The position numbers and the translations under genes were made by a program. The notes beneath the pieces were generated by a model that saw nothing but the letters and a program-made list of their open reading frames with translations, was not told the origin of the DNA and did not search any database. A DNA stretch of 63,844 nt, counting the filler, from Octopus bimaculoides (Eukaryota): NCBI RefSeq assembly GCF_001194135.2. It is 5 parts of 4 records of this genome, joined end to end, with 100 filler letters (N's around TTAATTAATTAA, not from the genome) between each part and the next. Parts side by side here need not be neighbours in the genome. Positions count along the whole stretch, not along the records: positions 1 to 18,484 come from NC_068987.1; 4 more parts are not named here. One strand, written 5' to 3'. Each line of letters starts with the position of its first letter. Within the stretch, counting starts at the first letter, position 1. Below, one piece after another: positions 1 through 12,600 of this stretch.

Positions 1-154
1 GATCCCTTTTGATCGAACTACCCCCTTTTCCTTCCTACGATCCCTTTTGATCGACTCCCTCCCCCTTTTTTTTTCTTTCCTCCTCCCAAAAAGAAAAGCT
101 CTACATTGTATTTGTCCCATCTTCGTTGAGCCCTGTGTGGCTAATAAAAGAAAT
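1..154 (+). mobile_element. 3' end of an L1/Tx1-like LINE (runs off window start)
   Basis: Homologous to the reverse complement of 24369-24500 (GATCCCTTTTGATCG, CCCAAAAAGAAAAGCTCTAC, TGTGTGGCTAATAAA). AATAAA at 143-148 is followed by a tetranucleotide array. Confidence 0.65.
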
Positions 155-237
155 GTATCTATCCATCCATCCATCCATCCATCCATATATCTGTATGTCT
201 GTCTGTCTGTCTATCGATTGATTTATCTATCTATCTG

Positions 238-289
<52 letters not shown>

Positions 290-290
290 C
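155..290. repeat. Compound (ATCC)n/(GTCT)n/(ATCT)n microsatellite
   Basis: Directly visible. Confidence 0.97.
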
Positions 291-1662
291 AGGCATACAC
301 TTATGTATACATATATAGGTACACGTATAGGCATAAATACTCCCCACACACGCACACGTAATTTTATACCAAGAAAAAGTGAGTGACAGAAATAGAGAGA
401 CAGTGAGAAATGACCCGTTTCCATTACAATGAGATTCAGGAATATATATATTTCAATGCATTTGAGAGTGAGCGTATAACTAGTCGTTTATATCTTTGTA
501 TATTTACGTCTTAAACGCCTGTTTTAGTTATATCATCTATATCTCATCATAACATTGTGTTGTACAAATAGCTATTTCTAAATTAAGTACAAGATTGATA
601 TAATTTCCGCAGTAATTATTAAATTAACCCGATTTAGATTGTATGCCAGTTTGGCCACAACCCAGTCTGTGATGACTAGTATTGCAAATTTACATTTCTA
701 CCAATACTAATAGGTGTCCTTGGTTTTATGAATAAATGCATAACTGTCAATGAGATAAGCTTGGATTTTCAAGAAAAGATATCAACCAACTAATTCGTTA
801 GCGGTAACTTAAACATAGAAAACATTTCCGAAGTGTAAAATATGACATTGCTTTTGTAATCTACATTAAAACGATGGAGCTTATTTATCTTTGTTACAAA
901 CCAGCTCCTTTCTTAGAGGAAGAGAATAGGCATGCATNNNNNNNNNNNNNNNNNNNNNNNNNNNNNNNNNNNNNNNNNNNNNNNNNNNNNNNNNNNNNNN
1001 NNNNNNNNNNNNNNNNNNNNNNNNNNNNNNNNNNNNNNNNNNNNNNNNNNNNNNNNNNNNNNNNNNNNNNNNNNNNNNNNNNNNNNNNNNNNNNNNNNNN
1101 NNNNNNNNNNNNNNNNNNNNNNNNNNNNNNNNNNNNNNNNNNNNNNNNNNNNNNNNNNNNNNNNNNNNNNNNNNNNNNNNNNNNNNNNNNNNNNNNNNNN
1201 NNNNNNNNNNNNNNNNNNNNNNNNNNNNNNNNNNNNNNNNNNNNNNNNNNNNNNNNNNNNNNNNNNNNNNNNNNNNNNNNNNNNNNNNNNNNNNNNNNNN
1301 NNNNNNNNNNNNNNNNNNNNNNNNNNNNNNNNNNNNNNNNNNNNNNNNNNNNNNNNNNNNNNNNNNNNNNNNNNNNNNNNNNNNNNNNNNNNNNNNNNNN
1401 NNNNNNNTATATATATATATATATACATATTATATATTTATATTTATATATGTATATGCATATATATATATATATATAACTGTATATGTTATGTATGTGT
1501 CTGTTACCGTATGTGAGTGCACATGCGTGTGTATCTGTGCGTGTATACGTACCTGATTGTATTCTGAATATATGTACTCCCTGTCTATATTTCTTAAAGT
1601 ATGTCTTGTAATACACAGAAGAAAAGGTATTACCATATGATTGCTTTAACATCTACATGTAC

Positions 1663-1666
<4 letters not shown>

Positions 1667-1726
<60 letters not shown>

Positions 1727-1990
1727 GTTATTATTATTATTATTCCAAATTTTTCAGACCATGATTGGCTCTATTATCAACATTCAAAATAACTACGCTT
1801 CACAAAGGTTGAATACCTTAAGCAAAATAAAATAATTATCTGTTTCAGATTGACTTTAAAATATTGCATTTCTAAAACGGATGTATTAAGTTAAACCAGT
1901 GCTAGAATCATACAGCTACCGAAGAAAAGAAGCGCAATATATTTCCAATTGATGAAGCAGTAAAGGCTTTTGGCTTTATCATTATTACTA

Positions 1991-2051
<61 letters not shown>

Positions 2052-2068
2052 CATCATCATTATTATTA
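1667..2068. repeat. Two (ATT)n microsatellites (about 1667-1742 and 1979-2068)
   Basis: Directly visible. Confidence 0.95.
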
Positions 2069-2812
2069 TGCTTTATGTTTTCGTTATATGAAGTTCATTA
2101 ACAAAAGATTATTACAGATGCCCAATCTTCTTAATTCTGAGAAGTAATCAAGCAATCCCAGGTGAGAGCCCCCAGGTTTGTTTTGTTCTATTGCAACAAA
2201 AGCTGTGGGCTTTTAATCCTCAAATATTCTTTACTTAAGGTCAATATTTTAACTAAGTTTTCTATTATATAATAGTATTATATAAATAGCTTTAAAATTA
2301 TCGAAATCTTTTGAGAAGTATTTTCATTTATTAACTTCTTATGAGATCTAGCGGCAAAATAGTTGCTTGCGTCAGCAACAAAAAGCTAATAATGGATGTC
2401 GGAATACAAATAAATATAAATACATAAAGAAAGACTTCTTTAGATATAAGTCGATAAGAAATATTTGTTTAATTAGAAAAGTGGCATTCTCTTAAAGAGA
2501 GGTTTCGACCCATTGGTTCAATTTATCTGCAGAGTTTTTATTTTATTAAATTTTTTTTTTCCTTTTTGATCATTTATAATTTATTATATACTTTTTTTTC
2601 CAATAATATCAGAACTGATAGAGAATATATGCGAAAGATTAAGTATCAAAAAGTATTCTTAAGAGCATCTGCAGAGAAATTTATCGTTTATTTCATTCAA
2701 ATTTCGAGACTAGTAAAATCAATGTAGCCAACGGAACGAATTTCTTTATATAATAGTTTAAGTAGCTCATAGAAATATATAATAAAACATACAAATACAC
2801 ACACATACATAC

Positions 2813-2828
2813 TTACATACATATATAC

Positions 2829-2900
<72 letters not shown>
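2813..2900. repeat. (TA)n microsatellite
   Basis: Directly visible. Confidence 0.97.
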
Positions 2901-2901
<1 letters not shown>

Positions 2902-3299
2902 TATATTTATATACATGCATATATTTATGCACACACATACACGCACACATACATGATGCATAAGCGTATACTCATGTACACATATAGATATGTATGTGCT
3001 TGTGTGTTGATGCATATTTTTTTTTCATTTTTTTCAGGTTATGATATTGATAAACAATATCATGACCTGCAAGATATCGAAATAATTTTCTATTTGATAC
3101 ATAGATTTAACGTTTTCTTTTGATTTGCTTTAATTAACTAATTAATTAATTAAATATTACCAGTTGTGATATTTCTTTTACACTATGAACATTGAGAGAG
3201 TACATTGAGAGAGTACATTGAGACATAAAGTGTGAGAGATACATGAAGAGGAAGAAGACAATCTCTGTTGCTTGTATCTCTTATTGTTACCTCCACTCA

Positions 3300-3420
3300 T
3301 TCAATTCTCTCTGTTTATTTATTCGTCGACAACAGCTCATATTTATTTTATTTCTCTCGAATGTTCTGTCCGAAACGTTAAGTTTCTTTTCTTCCTCATA
3401 GCATAAATCTTATTCTGCTG
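3300..3420 (+). mobile_element. Degenerate PLE terminal-repeat remnant with decayed hammerhead-like core
   Basis: TTT-CTCTCGA-ATGTTCTGTCC-GAAAC-GTT-AAG at 3351-3382 parallels the motifs at 9525-9557, 57636-57670 and 63366-63403. Confidence 0.4.
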
Positions 3421-4178
3421 TTTAAATTATGTGTTTCTATTTTTGCTGACACAGAAGATCGCTAGTTTCCTCGGATTCTTTTTGTTTTTTGTCGATAAAT
3501 AAATAACATTGGGTAATTTACAAAAAGAAGTATTTTGATTAGATAAAAAGATAAAAAAAACATTGTAAGAAAACGCAATCGTAATGAAATAATGGAGAAT
3601 GATGAAGTAATTGTGTGACGAAGTGAAAATATATAAAATGCACAGAAATAGACGTGGTTACATGAATACCAAATAATAATGGCCTAACATAGCAGTTGAA
3701 AGAAGCAACAATAATTACTTTTGTTCACGAAGTAGTGAAAATGAGATAAACTAAAAGAAAGGAAAAAAAAAAAAACTACCGATCCTCCGAAACAGCAAAA
3801 TAATCTTCAAAATAGACCAATACGCAAACAAACCAAAAATTGGAAAACAAGGTTTCGGTCGCAAACGAGCAAGAAGAAACAAACTGTTCTGAATCATATT
3901 TGGAAAAGAGATGAGAAATATTGCTTTTATTTTTTCATCAAATATATTGGTAGCACGAAATTTACACTTTCAACTTAAGTCAGAATACGTAATTTAGTGA
4001 GATAAGCAGCTTTCTTGTAAGGTTGCTTTCATCCGAATTCAGCAACCTATTTTTTTTATGAATCAACATATGAAGGAGCGATGCAAGAAATTTTTAACAA
4101 TTTATTATTCTCACCATATTAATATTATTACTATTATCATTATTATTATTGTTGTTGTTGTTGTTGTTATTGTTGTTG

Positions 4179-4239
<61 letters not shown>

Positions 4240-4279
4240 CATCATTATTATTATTATTATTATTATTGCTATTATTACT

Positions 4280-4475
4280 AAGGCAGCGAGCCTGGCAAAA
4301 TGCTTAGCGGTATTTCGCCTGTCTTTACGTTCTGAGTTCAAATTCCACCGAAGTCGACTTTGCCATTCATCATTTTCTGATCGATAAAATAACTACCAGT
4401 TGAGTACTGAAGCCGATGTAATCGACAGTCCCCGTCCACAAGATTTCAGTCCTTGTGCTTATAGTAGAAAAGAAC
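4280..4475 (+). mobile_element. tRNA-derived SINE, family A
   Basis: B-box-like GAGTTCAAATTCC, central GTCGACTTTGCC..TCATC..GATAAAATAA.TACCAG, tail CCTTGTGCTTATAGTAGAAAAG. Flanked by (ATT)n. Confidence 0.85.
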
Positions 4476-4674
4476 ATTATTACGTGATTATTATTATTAT
4501 TATTATTATGTTGTTTTTTTCTTCTTTCTTCAAATTTTCTTCCGTTTGTCGCCGAGTGTTTTCCGTACACCTAGGGCAGAGAAACTCGTTGTATGCATTC
4601 CCAGTTCACACACGCAAATTCACAGGTAAAACATGTATTTAAGAAAAAAAAAAGTTCATGAATGGATGTTGTTT

Positions 4675-4900
4675 TCACAGCGATAATGCTCTTCTCAGTA
4701 CATGAGTCGTTCCAGTTAGCACGATTTTTTGCACTTCCTGTAGGGAAGGTAATCCTGGTATCATTTTCAAATAGGTTTCAGTACATTTTTTTATCATTCC
4801 TAGAGATCCTACAATCAATGGTATGGTAGTCGCCTTGAGGTACCACATTTTTTCAATTTCTATTAGCAAGTCTTTATATTTACTGATCTTGTCAAATTCT
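4675..4900 (-). mobile_element. R4/Dong-type LINE, short 3' fragment
   Basis: ORF ...KMWYLKATTIPLIVGSLGMIKK...QKIVLTGTTHVLRRALSL*, the typical C-terminus after the restriction-like endonuclease (RLE). Confidence 0.75.
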
Positions 4901-4914
4901 TTCGTCGCTATATT

Positions 4915-4918
4915 ATGA

Positions 4919-4988
<70 letters not shown>

Positions 4989-5826
4989 CATTATTATTAT
5001 TGCTTTTGCACAGCTTCTAACGCTGGAAATGTACTACGGTGTCAGCTTTTCACTACCAGTGAACTAAGGTGACACCTCCTATTTTTTAAGCACCTTCCAG
5101 AGTATTCGAGCGGTTCCAAGCAGTGCTGTTTCCTGCAAGTGGACCACCCTTATTGCAGCCCCTATTCGCTCCATGTACTTCTCAGGATTTTTACTCAGTT
5201 CCCAGGGTTCCGACAATTATTGTTACTACAACCACCTTTTTCATCGACAAAAACTGCTTAAGCTCCCAAGCTAACCTGTCATATCTATCGAATTTGCTTT
5301 CTTCCTTATAGCATACCTTGTTGTCAGCTGGGCATGCTACATCTATGATCCAGCATTGTTTGCTTTCTTTCTCAATTAACATTAAACATTATGTATGGTT
5401 TACTATTCTCTATCTCATGGTCGCAATGAATCATAAAATCCCATAGGATCGTTGCATTATCATTTTCGATGATGGCTTCGGGTTTACGATCGTACCACTT
5501 TCTGTCAAGTTCATACTTGTTGCAAAGTGTCCATTGGACATTCCTTGCTATATTGTCATGACATTTACTATGTTCTATCTGGGCTTGTGGCGTGCATTGA
5601 CTGGTAATATGCCATACGGTTTCACCATTTGTCCACAGATTCTGCATTTATCATTTTCTGATGAGTTGTCTATTATGTATATGATGCAATTTGTTCTTAG
5701 TGCTTGTAACCTCTTAGTGTTCTCTGGTCTATGCCAACAGATCTATAATAAAATGTTTCCCGGTCATGAATACCCTCTGTATATACCAGGGATTACATCA
5801 AGCCTTGAAGTGTCATGTAGATAACA
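4915..5826 (-). mobile_element. R4/Dong-type LINE 3' portion (zinc knuckle + RLE) with (AAT)n tail
   Basis: Frameshifted ETVWHITSQC, ILWDFMIHCDHEIENSKP, CWIIDVACP, VVVTIIVGTLG, LLGTARILWKVL. (AAT)n tail at 4915-5000. Confidence 0.85.
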
Positions 5827-7130
5827 CTTTTATTTAAAAAGATAGGTTGCAATTTGTGGGAAATTGGGAGTTATTTCTAGCAGATTGACGGAGCTCATTG
5901 GTTATTATTGATTTTTGTAATTTAGTACATTGTTTACTATCTTAGTATTTAGTTTGGTCTTTCAGCGTTCGACTGTCGAATACTAAGCTTTTAGAAAACA
6001 CTCTACACATACACGGATTATGCAAATCATTATAATCATATACAATAGAGTTTAGCCGCAAGTTTTGTCGATTCCTTATTACTTGTTTTAATTTTATATT
6101 TTCGTTTTACTTATTTCTTTTTTCCCTAGACTATAAAACAAAGATCGTTAGAGAGACGCATCAATTTTATGTAGCCAACAGATAAGCAGCTAAATAGCCA
6201 TTAAAATATATTTTCTTCTATAGTCACTAACGTTCTTACCCGCCATAAATCCTCTTTCACATCACTCATATATAATTCAAATCATTTACAACCGTTCTCG
6301 TTAATTGTGGTTAGGCGACTCTTGATTCTTTAGTTCACATCCTCAATGTAATCCACCTCTCACTACTTCATTATATCATTATAAAACACTTTTGTTATTA
6401 TCAGCAGCACTCCTAATGGTCGTAGTACCTCGATAAAAACAAATTGATATTTGATCAGCCTTGAAGTCATTAACGCGAAACGAGTGTGTTACTACTATAC
6501 CAAATAATGGAGCTAATAACACTGAAACTTCCAGCAAAGATTTATCGCTTAGCGAGTAAGTGTCCTACTGAGAATATGCAGCGAGGGTCTAAACGTAATC
6601 CAACAACTGATCCGAGGATTAGATGATAATGGTCTCAAGAAGATAATAGGATTGCTTTCGAGTGCTAATTTACATGTTCCCTAGGAAAATATGAATGAAG
6701 GCCAAAGAATGCACTACATATGGATTAACAAGAATTATTTTTGTTTTCTTTTAAGAGAATGTAAATTTGCAGTTACAACAAATTATATTTAGATAAAAAA
6801 AAATAGTTGATTTTTATCAGAACGGAAACAGATGTAGCAACCAAAAAATGGCGATGTCGACGATATCGTTTAGCCCCAGGTCAGTCTCGTCTTGAACATA
6901 GCATTCGTATTTTTTATATTTTGATATAGAACTACATTATCCAATGTCTCCTTCACTTTTGATACAATAGAATGTAATTTGCGGAAGAGATGACTGTTAT
7001 TTCTAGTAGGTCTAGCAACCACGTAGTCCCCTTCATTGTCATACAAACATTGTATTATCATATAATATATGCAGATAGAAACATTTTTATAATTAAAAAA
7101 ATATGATACGTTCAACATAGATCACAACAT

Positions 7131-7350
7131 AGGCGCAGGCATGGCTGGTTGGTCAAAAATTAATTTTTGTAACTATATGATCTTAGGTTCAGTTCCACTG
7201 CGATGAACCTTGGGCCAGTGGATTTCATTGTATCCACGTGTTTATGTTTGTATCTTAAGGCTCTGCAGCCGGTGCTGGTTTCTTTATGTATTCCTAACGT
7301 TATAGATTTGGCAAAGAAGTAACAATAGACTAATAAAATAGACTTAAAAT
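7131..7350 (+). mobile_element. Degenerate copy of SINE family R (family of 8149-8603)
   Basis: AGGCGCAGGCATGGCTG...GGTTCAGTTCCACTGCGATGAACCTTGGGC matches the head of 8149-8603. Confidence 0.55.
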
Positions 7351-8011
7351 TAGTATTGAAATTGAATTGAACGAGTAAACATTTCATGTTAGTGCCTCAG
7401 TTAACAGTTGCGGTCCAGTAACTGAAACCACTAGAAGAATAAACATCATATGTGTAAAGGTTCAAATGGACTTAAAAAGCCTGCCAAAACAAAACATGCG
7501 AGAATAAGTTCCTCCAATTTAGGGAGATTACAAAAAGATTTAACAACAGAAACATTTAACTGTTCTAGGGTTATTTCACGCAAATCATTTCTAAACTGAA
7601 TGAAATGCTGCCGTACACAATTACCTAAGGCTAGAAAATATTAAATATGTTTATTCTATGAATTTCTTCCATATTCCTTAATTTCAAATTCAAACTTCTA
7701 ATCGTTTTAAAGTGATTATATTCCCTCTACTAACTCTCTACTGGGAACTCTACGTGTTTCTCCCTTAATTATTATCCTTTTTCTGTTTTTTGTTTGTTTG
7801 TTTGTTTTACTTCTATGTAGAGTTTAGTCTTTTAAATAATGGTTATTATATTCTTCAGTTTGGTCAAGGCTTACCAGATTTACACATACATTTATACTGT
7901 TTAAATGCATGAACAAATGATCTCAACTTTTAAGTTGAAAACTGGGTAAAAATTTTATTGCTTTAAAAATTAATAAAAGCGAATATTAAAGATACAAACA
8001 AACAGGATATA

Positions 8012-8306
8012 CAGTAGTCCCTCGCTATATCTCGGTCCACTTATCGTGGTTTATTATTTAAGCTTACGTCGATTCCTCCGTTGTGTTGTTTTGCATTTGT
8101 AATAAAATAGATATATAGAAATTATAAAAATAATTTTCAAAAATATACCAGGAGTGGCTGTATGGTAAGCAGCTTGCTTACCAACCACATGGTCCCGGGT
8201 TCAGTACCACTGCGTGGCATCTTGGGTAACTGTCTTGTGCTATAGCCTCGGGCCGACCAAAGCCTTGTGAGTGGATTTGGTAGAGGGAAACTGAATGAAG
8301 CCCATC

Positions 8307-8401
<95 letters not shown>

Positions 8402-8678
8402 TGTGTGTCTGTTTGTCCCCCCGGTATCGCTTGACAACCGATTATGGTGTGTCTACGTCCCCGTAACTTAGCGGTTCGGCAAAACAGACCGATGGAATAA
8501 GTACTAAGCTTACAAAGAATAAGCTCTGGGGTCGATTTCCTCGACTATAAAGGCGGTGCTCCAGCACGGCCGCAGTCAAATGACTGAGACAAGTAAAAGA
8601 GTACAATAATGTTTCTACTTCGCGGATTTTCACCTATCCGGGTGTTTTGGAACACCCGCAATAATCGAGGGATTACTG
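8012..8678. mobile_element. Tigger/pogo-like MITE with TA target duplication, interrupted by a SINE
   Basis: TA|CAGTAGTCCCTCG at 8010-8024 and CGAGGGATTACTG|TA at 8666-8680: a 13-bp inverted repeat with one mismatch. Confidence 0.75.
8149..8603 (+). mobile_element. tRNA-derived SINE family R (CORE-like, internal TA/TG microsatellite)
   Basis: A-box TGGCTGTATGGTAAG, B-box GGGTTCAGTACC, CORE-like CACTGCGTGGCATCTTGGGTAAC, internal (TA)n(TG)n. A second copy is at 62903-63271. Confidence 0.85.
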
Positions 8679-9469
8679 TATACTGAATAAATTAAAGTCT
8701 GGATTATAGTGAAAGCAAATAATATATGTATATTTGCATAAGCGTATGATCCTACTCCTTTACTAGTTTCAGGCTTCTGGTTGTGATGATGACACCAATG
8801 TATCGCCGCAACTGATAATATCCGGAAATATATCATGGAAAACAATATCAGTTGAGGCTTTACAAATTGTTAAAATGTTAAACATCTCATAACTTAATGT
8901 TTTGAATAAGTTATATATACACACGGAGACAAGACTTTAGTTTATTGAAAAGAAAGCTGTATTTGTTGCGCGCTTTTATAGAAAAAAACCGGTTGAATAT
9001 TTTATTGTATCATATTATATGTAGAAGACAACATGATGTTATTCAACACTCTCCAAATTATTTAAAGAATTAGATATACATTTTAAACTACGTTAACTCG
9101 GTAACTGCACATTGCCGGAGATAAGCTGAATAAGCAATTACTGAATAAATCGCTCACAAAATCCCGAACGAGTCTTGTTAGTACTCATGCTAGGTAAAAA
9201 GCGGATGAAGGTGTAAATACCACTGGCCATAGTAAAGTAGAGGAGCAACGACCACAGTATACAGGTATTCTTAATTTTAAAAGACACGATGATACAAAGA
9301 TAAACACATTTTATAATTTACGAGATACATAACGTCCGGCATAAGTATAGAAATAATATTCGAACTGCTTTTACACTGTACTTCAGTTTGCTTATACTGA
9401 CCATTCTAATAAATGTATATATATATATAAACATAAAAAAATTTTTAAATGGAGAAAAACACAAGAAAA

Positions 9470-9660
9470 ATACAACGCGAGGGCGAGGTACATGCAAGGT
9501 ACTCAGGGAAGGAAAGAAAGGGTGTTTTACGTTTCGAGCAAAGCACTTATTCAGAAACAGGAGACAGAGGAAAGTCCAAGAGAAGAGGAAGACGGAGGAA
9601 AAAACCGCCAGCAATCTACATGTAGTTACATTTCGAAATCAGAGGCGCGCGCGTAGGCGC
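9470..9660 (-). mobile_element. PLE terminal-repeat remnant with decayed hammerhead-like core
   Basis: Minus strand reads TTT-CTGAATA-AGTGC-TTT-GCTC-GAAAC-GTA-AAA (9557-9525). Confidence 0.5.
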
Positions 9661-9666
9661 TCACAC

Positions 9667-9703
<37 letters not shown>

Positions 9704-9889
9704 GCACACACACGTATAATGAATGAAAGTAGCACTCATATTCGGGACAATGGGAGAGCGTCCACGATGTCGTTCTATCTCCTAAAAATAGTAGCCAAAT
9801 ACGGTCTCTTTAACAATAAGCACCGCTGACTCGAGGCTAGACTACATCAGCAATAAAAATATCAATACCGGCAGCACCGTTATCATCTC

Positions 9890-9973
9890 TAGCAACAACA
9901 GCAACAACAGCAGCAGCAGTAACAGCGGCATTAGCAGCATCCGTAGCAGCAGTAGCAGCAGTAGCAGCAGCAA
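9890..9973. repeat. Imperfect (CAG/CAA/TAG)n trinucleotide repeat
   Basis: Directly visible. Confidence 0.85.
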
Positions 9974-10937
9974 GTATCACTCGTCTTCTGTTAAAACCTC
10001 TTCATTATCCCATAGTGAATCATTTTTCCACCTCAGAATTTATGCAGTATTTCTCTTTTAATTAAGCTTTCTTCTGGAAAAAAATCTCAAGCCACACTAT
10101 TAAATGAGTCGGAAGGGAATAATGGTCGAAGCAGGTATTTCAAGTTGTTAACTCCAGTTCTGATAGGGTGGCGGGGTGGCATAGAGTGGAGTAGGATGGA
10201 TGTGGGTTTGAGTTGTTGTAGTTGGGGGTTTCTGTTTAAGAGATCATGATCGTTGTAGCTTCCGACTTAAATGTCATATCATAGCCTTTTGATCTTTATT
10301 CAGTAGCAAACAACATTTCACCACATTCACTTTGTTCATAATAGCTGCTTATTCGAGTATTTTACGGCAAACAATAGTGTCGCAATTAAAAACTTTTCGT
10401 AAAGTTATATCTTCGCTCTGAAGTATTATTGGATGACTTAAAGACATCTGATTACTTCTCCAGTGTTCAAATTCAGTGATTGGGCAGATTTTATTTTCGG
10501 TTCATTTCCGATGACACTTTATATTCTCTTTGATATGTTGTTTAAATTACACTGACATATTTTCCGATACGCCGAGAATTTAAATGATACCAATTTAAAC
10601 ACAATGTAATACAAAGTTATTTTTCATTCACCCCAGTGATTCTTCGTGTCACAGCATATATAATAGGTTTGATAACAATGTCGATATTAACGAATTGCCT
10701 GCATTTTCATCCTTTCATCAGGCTGATTTGCAATTCAGTATGAGTGTGGTGTTCGTTCTATTATTCTGAATATTCTGTTATTTTTATTATCTTTATTGTT
10801 TGAAGTAAAAAGTGTGCAAGGCTAACGAGAATGTTCAGTGAAAACATTCGGAGACGTATTCATGATTAACAAAGATATTTTGTAATGTTAACGAGTGTTC
10901 AGGGTTATGAAAAGTGTGCATTTTTACCTTTTAATTT

Positions 10938-11143
10938 TGGTACAAGGCCAGTAGTGTTGAGGGGAGGTGCAAGTCTGTTACATTGACTCCACTACTTGAC
11001 CTGTACCTTATTTTATAGTCCCCCGAATCGGATGAAAATATAGTTGAACCGGCGAAATTTGAACTTAATATGAAATGAGGCTAAAGAAATGCTTATAATC
11101 GTATTTTTCTTTCAATGTCTCATGATTTTGTCCGCTCTCAGCC
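10938..11143 (-). mobile_element. SINE family A, degenerate
   Basis: Plus strand TACAAGGCCA...GGATGAAAA...CGGCGAAATTTGAACT matches the reverse complement of family A. Confidence 0.6.
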
Positions 11144-11693
11144 TAATATTTTTAAAATTAACAATTATACGTGCTGTATGTATATTACAACTCAGTTTTG
11201 ATTTTGTAATTATTTGAAGTTCCAAGTGGGTTTCTCAAACACTTCTGTTGTTTATTTAGTGGACCCATTATAATATTCTACAGGGCCTTGTGCCTAGATT
11301 AGAAAATATTAGAAAAGATTATAATCTATGAAATTACCGCGTTACAGTCCTATAAAATTTTTGTAGATTTTTTCCAAAAACCTGGTTTTAAGAATAGAAT
11401 GCATTTTTAATGCCTCGTGTACAAAAAATGTCAACAGTATATTACTCTCTTCAGATTAAGTAAAAGTTTTTTTTTTCATTCTTGTTTTTTTTTCATTTTT
11501 TCAGATCCTGTAGTGGCAGATAAAATGCTAACATAGGATATGCAGTCTTTGTTTTCAAACGTGCGGAACGCAGTGATTTAGAAATTCTAACTTTCTAAAT
11601 GCTGCAAAATCTTTCGTATATAATCTTCAGATGGCATTGAAAACCTCGCGGAATGGGAGGGGCGCGTTCAACTGTATCAAAGAGAAAAACATA

Positions 11694-11896
11694 TTCTTTT
11701 CTGCACTAGGCACAAGACCTGAAATTTTGGGGGACGGGGTCAGTCGATTAGATCGACCCCAGTACCCAACTAGTACTTAATTCATCGACTCCAAAAGAAT
11801 GAAAAGCAAAATCACTGCGGCGGAATTTGAACTCAGAACGTAAAGACCGCTAAGCATTTCGCCCGGTGTGCTAACGTTTTTGCCGGCTCGCTGCCT
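11694..11896 (-). mobile_element. SINE family A, full length
   Basis: Head AGGCAGCGAGCCGGCAAAAACGTTAGCAC, B-box GAGTTCAAATTCC, tail GGTCTTGTGCCTAGTGCAGAAAAG. Confidence 0.88.
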
Positions 11897-11918
11897 CGAA
11901 AATAAAAACATGTATATA

Positions 11919-12144
11919 TCTTTATTGCCCACAGGGGGCTAAATACAAAGGGCACAAGCAAGGCAGGCATAGGGATTAATTCGATTACATCGACCCAGTG
12001 CGTAACTGGTACTTATTTAATCGACCCTGAAAGGATGAAGGGCAATGTCGACCTCGGCGGAATTTGAACACAAAAAGTAACGGCAGACGAAATACCGCTA
12101 GGTATTTCGCCCTGCGTGCTAATGTTTCTACCACCTCGCCGCCT
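11919..12144 (-). mobile_element. SINE family A variant B (alternative, Tx1-LINE-like 3' tail)
   Basis: Family A head and central domain, but the tail reads CCTTGCTTGTGCCCTTTGTATTTAGCCCCCTGTGGGCAATAAAG. Confidence 0.85.
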
Positions 12145-12528
12145 TCAAAAAGAAGAAAATATTGTAACTATCCGGACACTATCAGAACACTGCTATTCAT
12201 TCAACAGTTTCAAAACGTATGAGGAAAAATAAATAAAGGCCATCCCAAAGATGTTTAGGTTTCGGAATGGACTATCAGAACTGTGACGTAGGAGGTATTT
12301 GATACAAGTCGTATCTACTGAAGAGAAGTCATTTCATATCTGCAAAGACATGCCTAAACCGCTTGCACCGTTTCTTGTTAAGTAACCGCTTGGCGAATAT
12401 ACAAGCTTAAAATTCCTGACGAGCTTGGTATGCTTTGATTCTACTCTGATGAGAAAACCTCGACCAAGATTAAGTATTTATTTGCTCTATGACACTTATA
12501 TTACTTCAAAACATATCTCGGATTTCTT

Positions 12529-12600
<72 letters not shown>

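Noticed and set aside
3020-3110. Strong plus-strand acceptors (T-rich..CAG) at about 3038 and 11504
   Set aside because: No matching donors and short frames, so there is insufficient evidence for exons.
11600-11636. Minus-strand CTGAAGA-TTATATAC-GAAA hammerhead-like string
   Set aside because: Stems II and III do not pair; such strings are expected by chance in AT-rich DNA.
12416-12465. CTGACGAG and CTGATGAG cores close together
   Set aside because: No downstream GAAA at a suitable distance.
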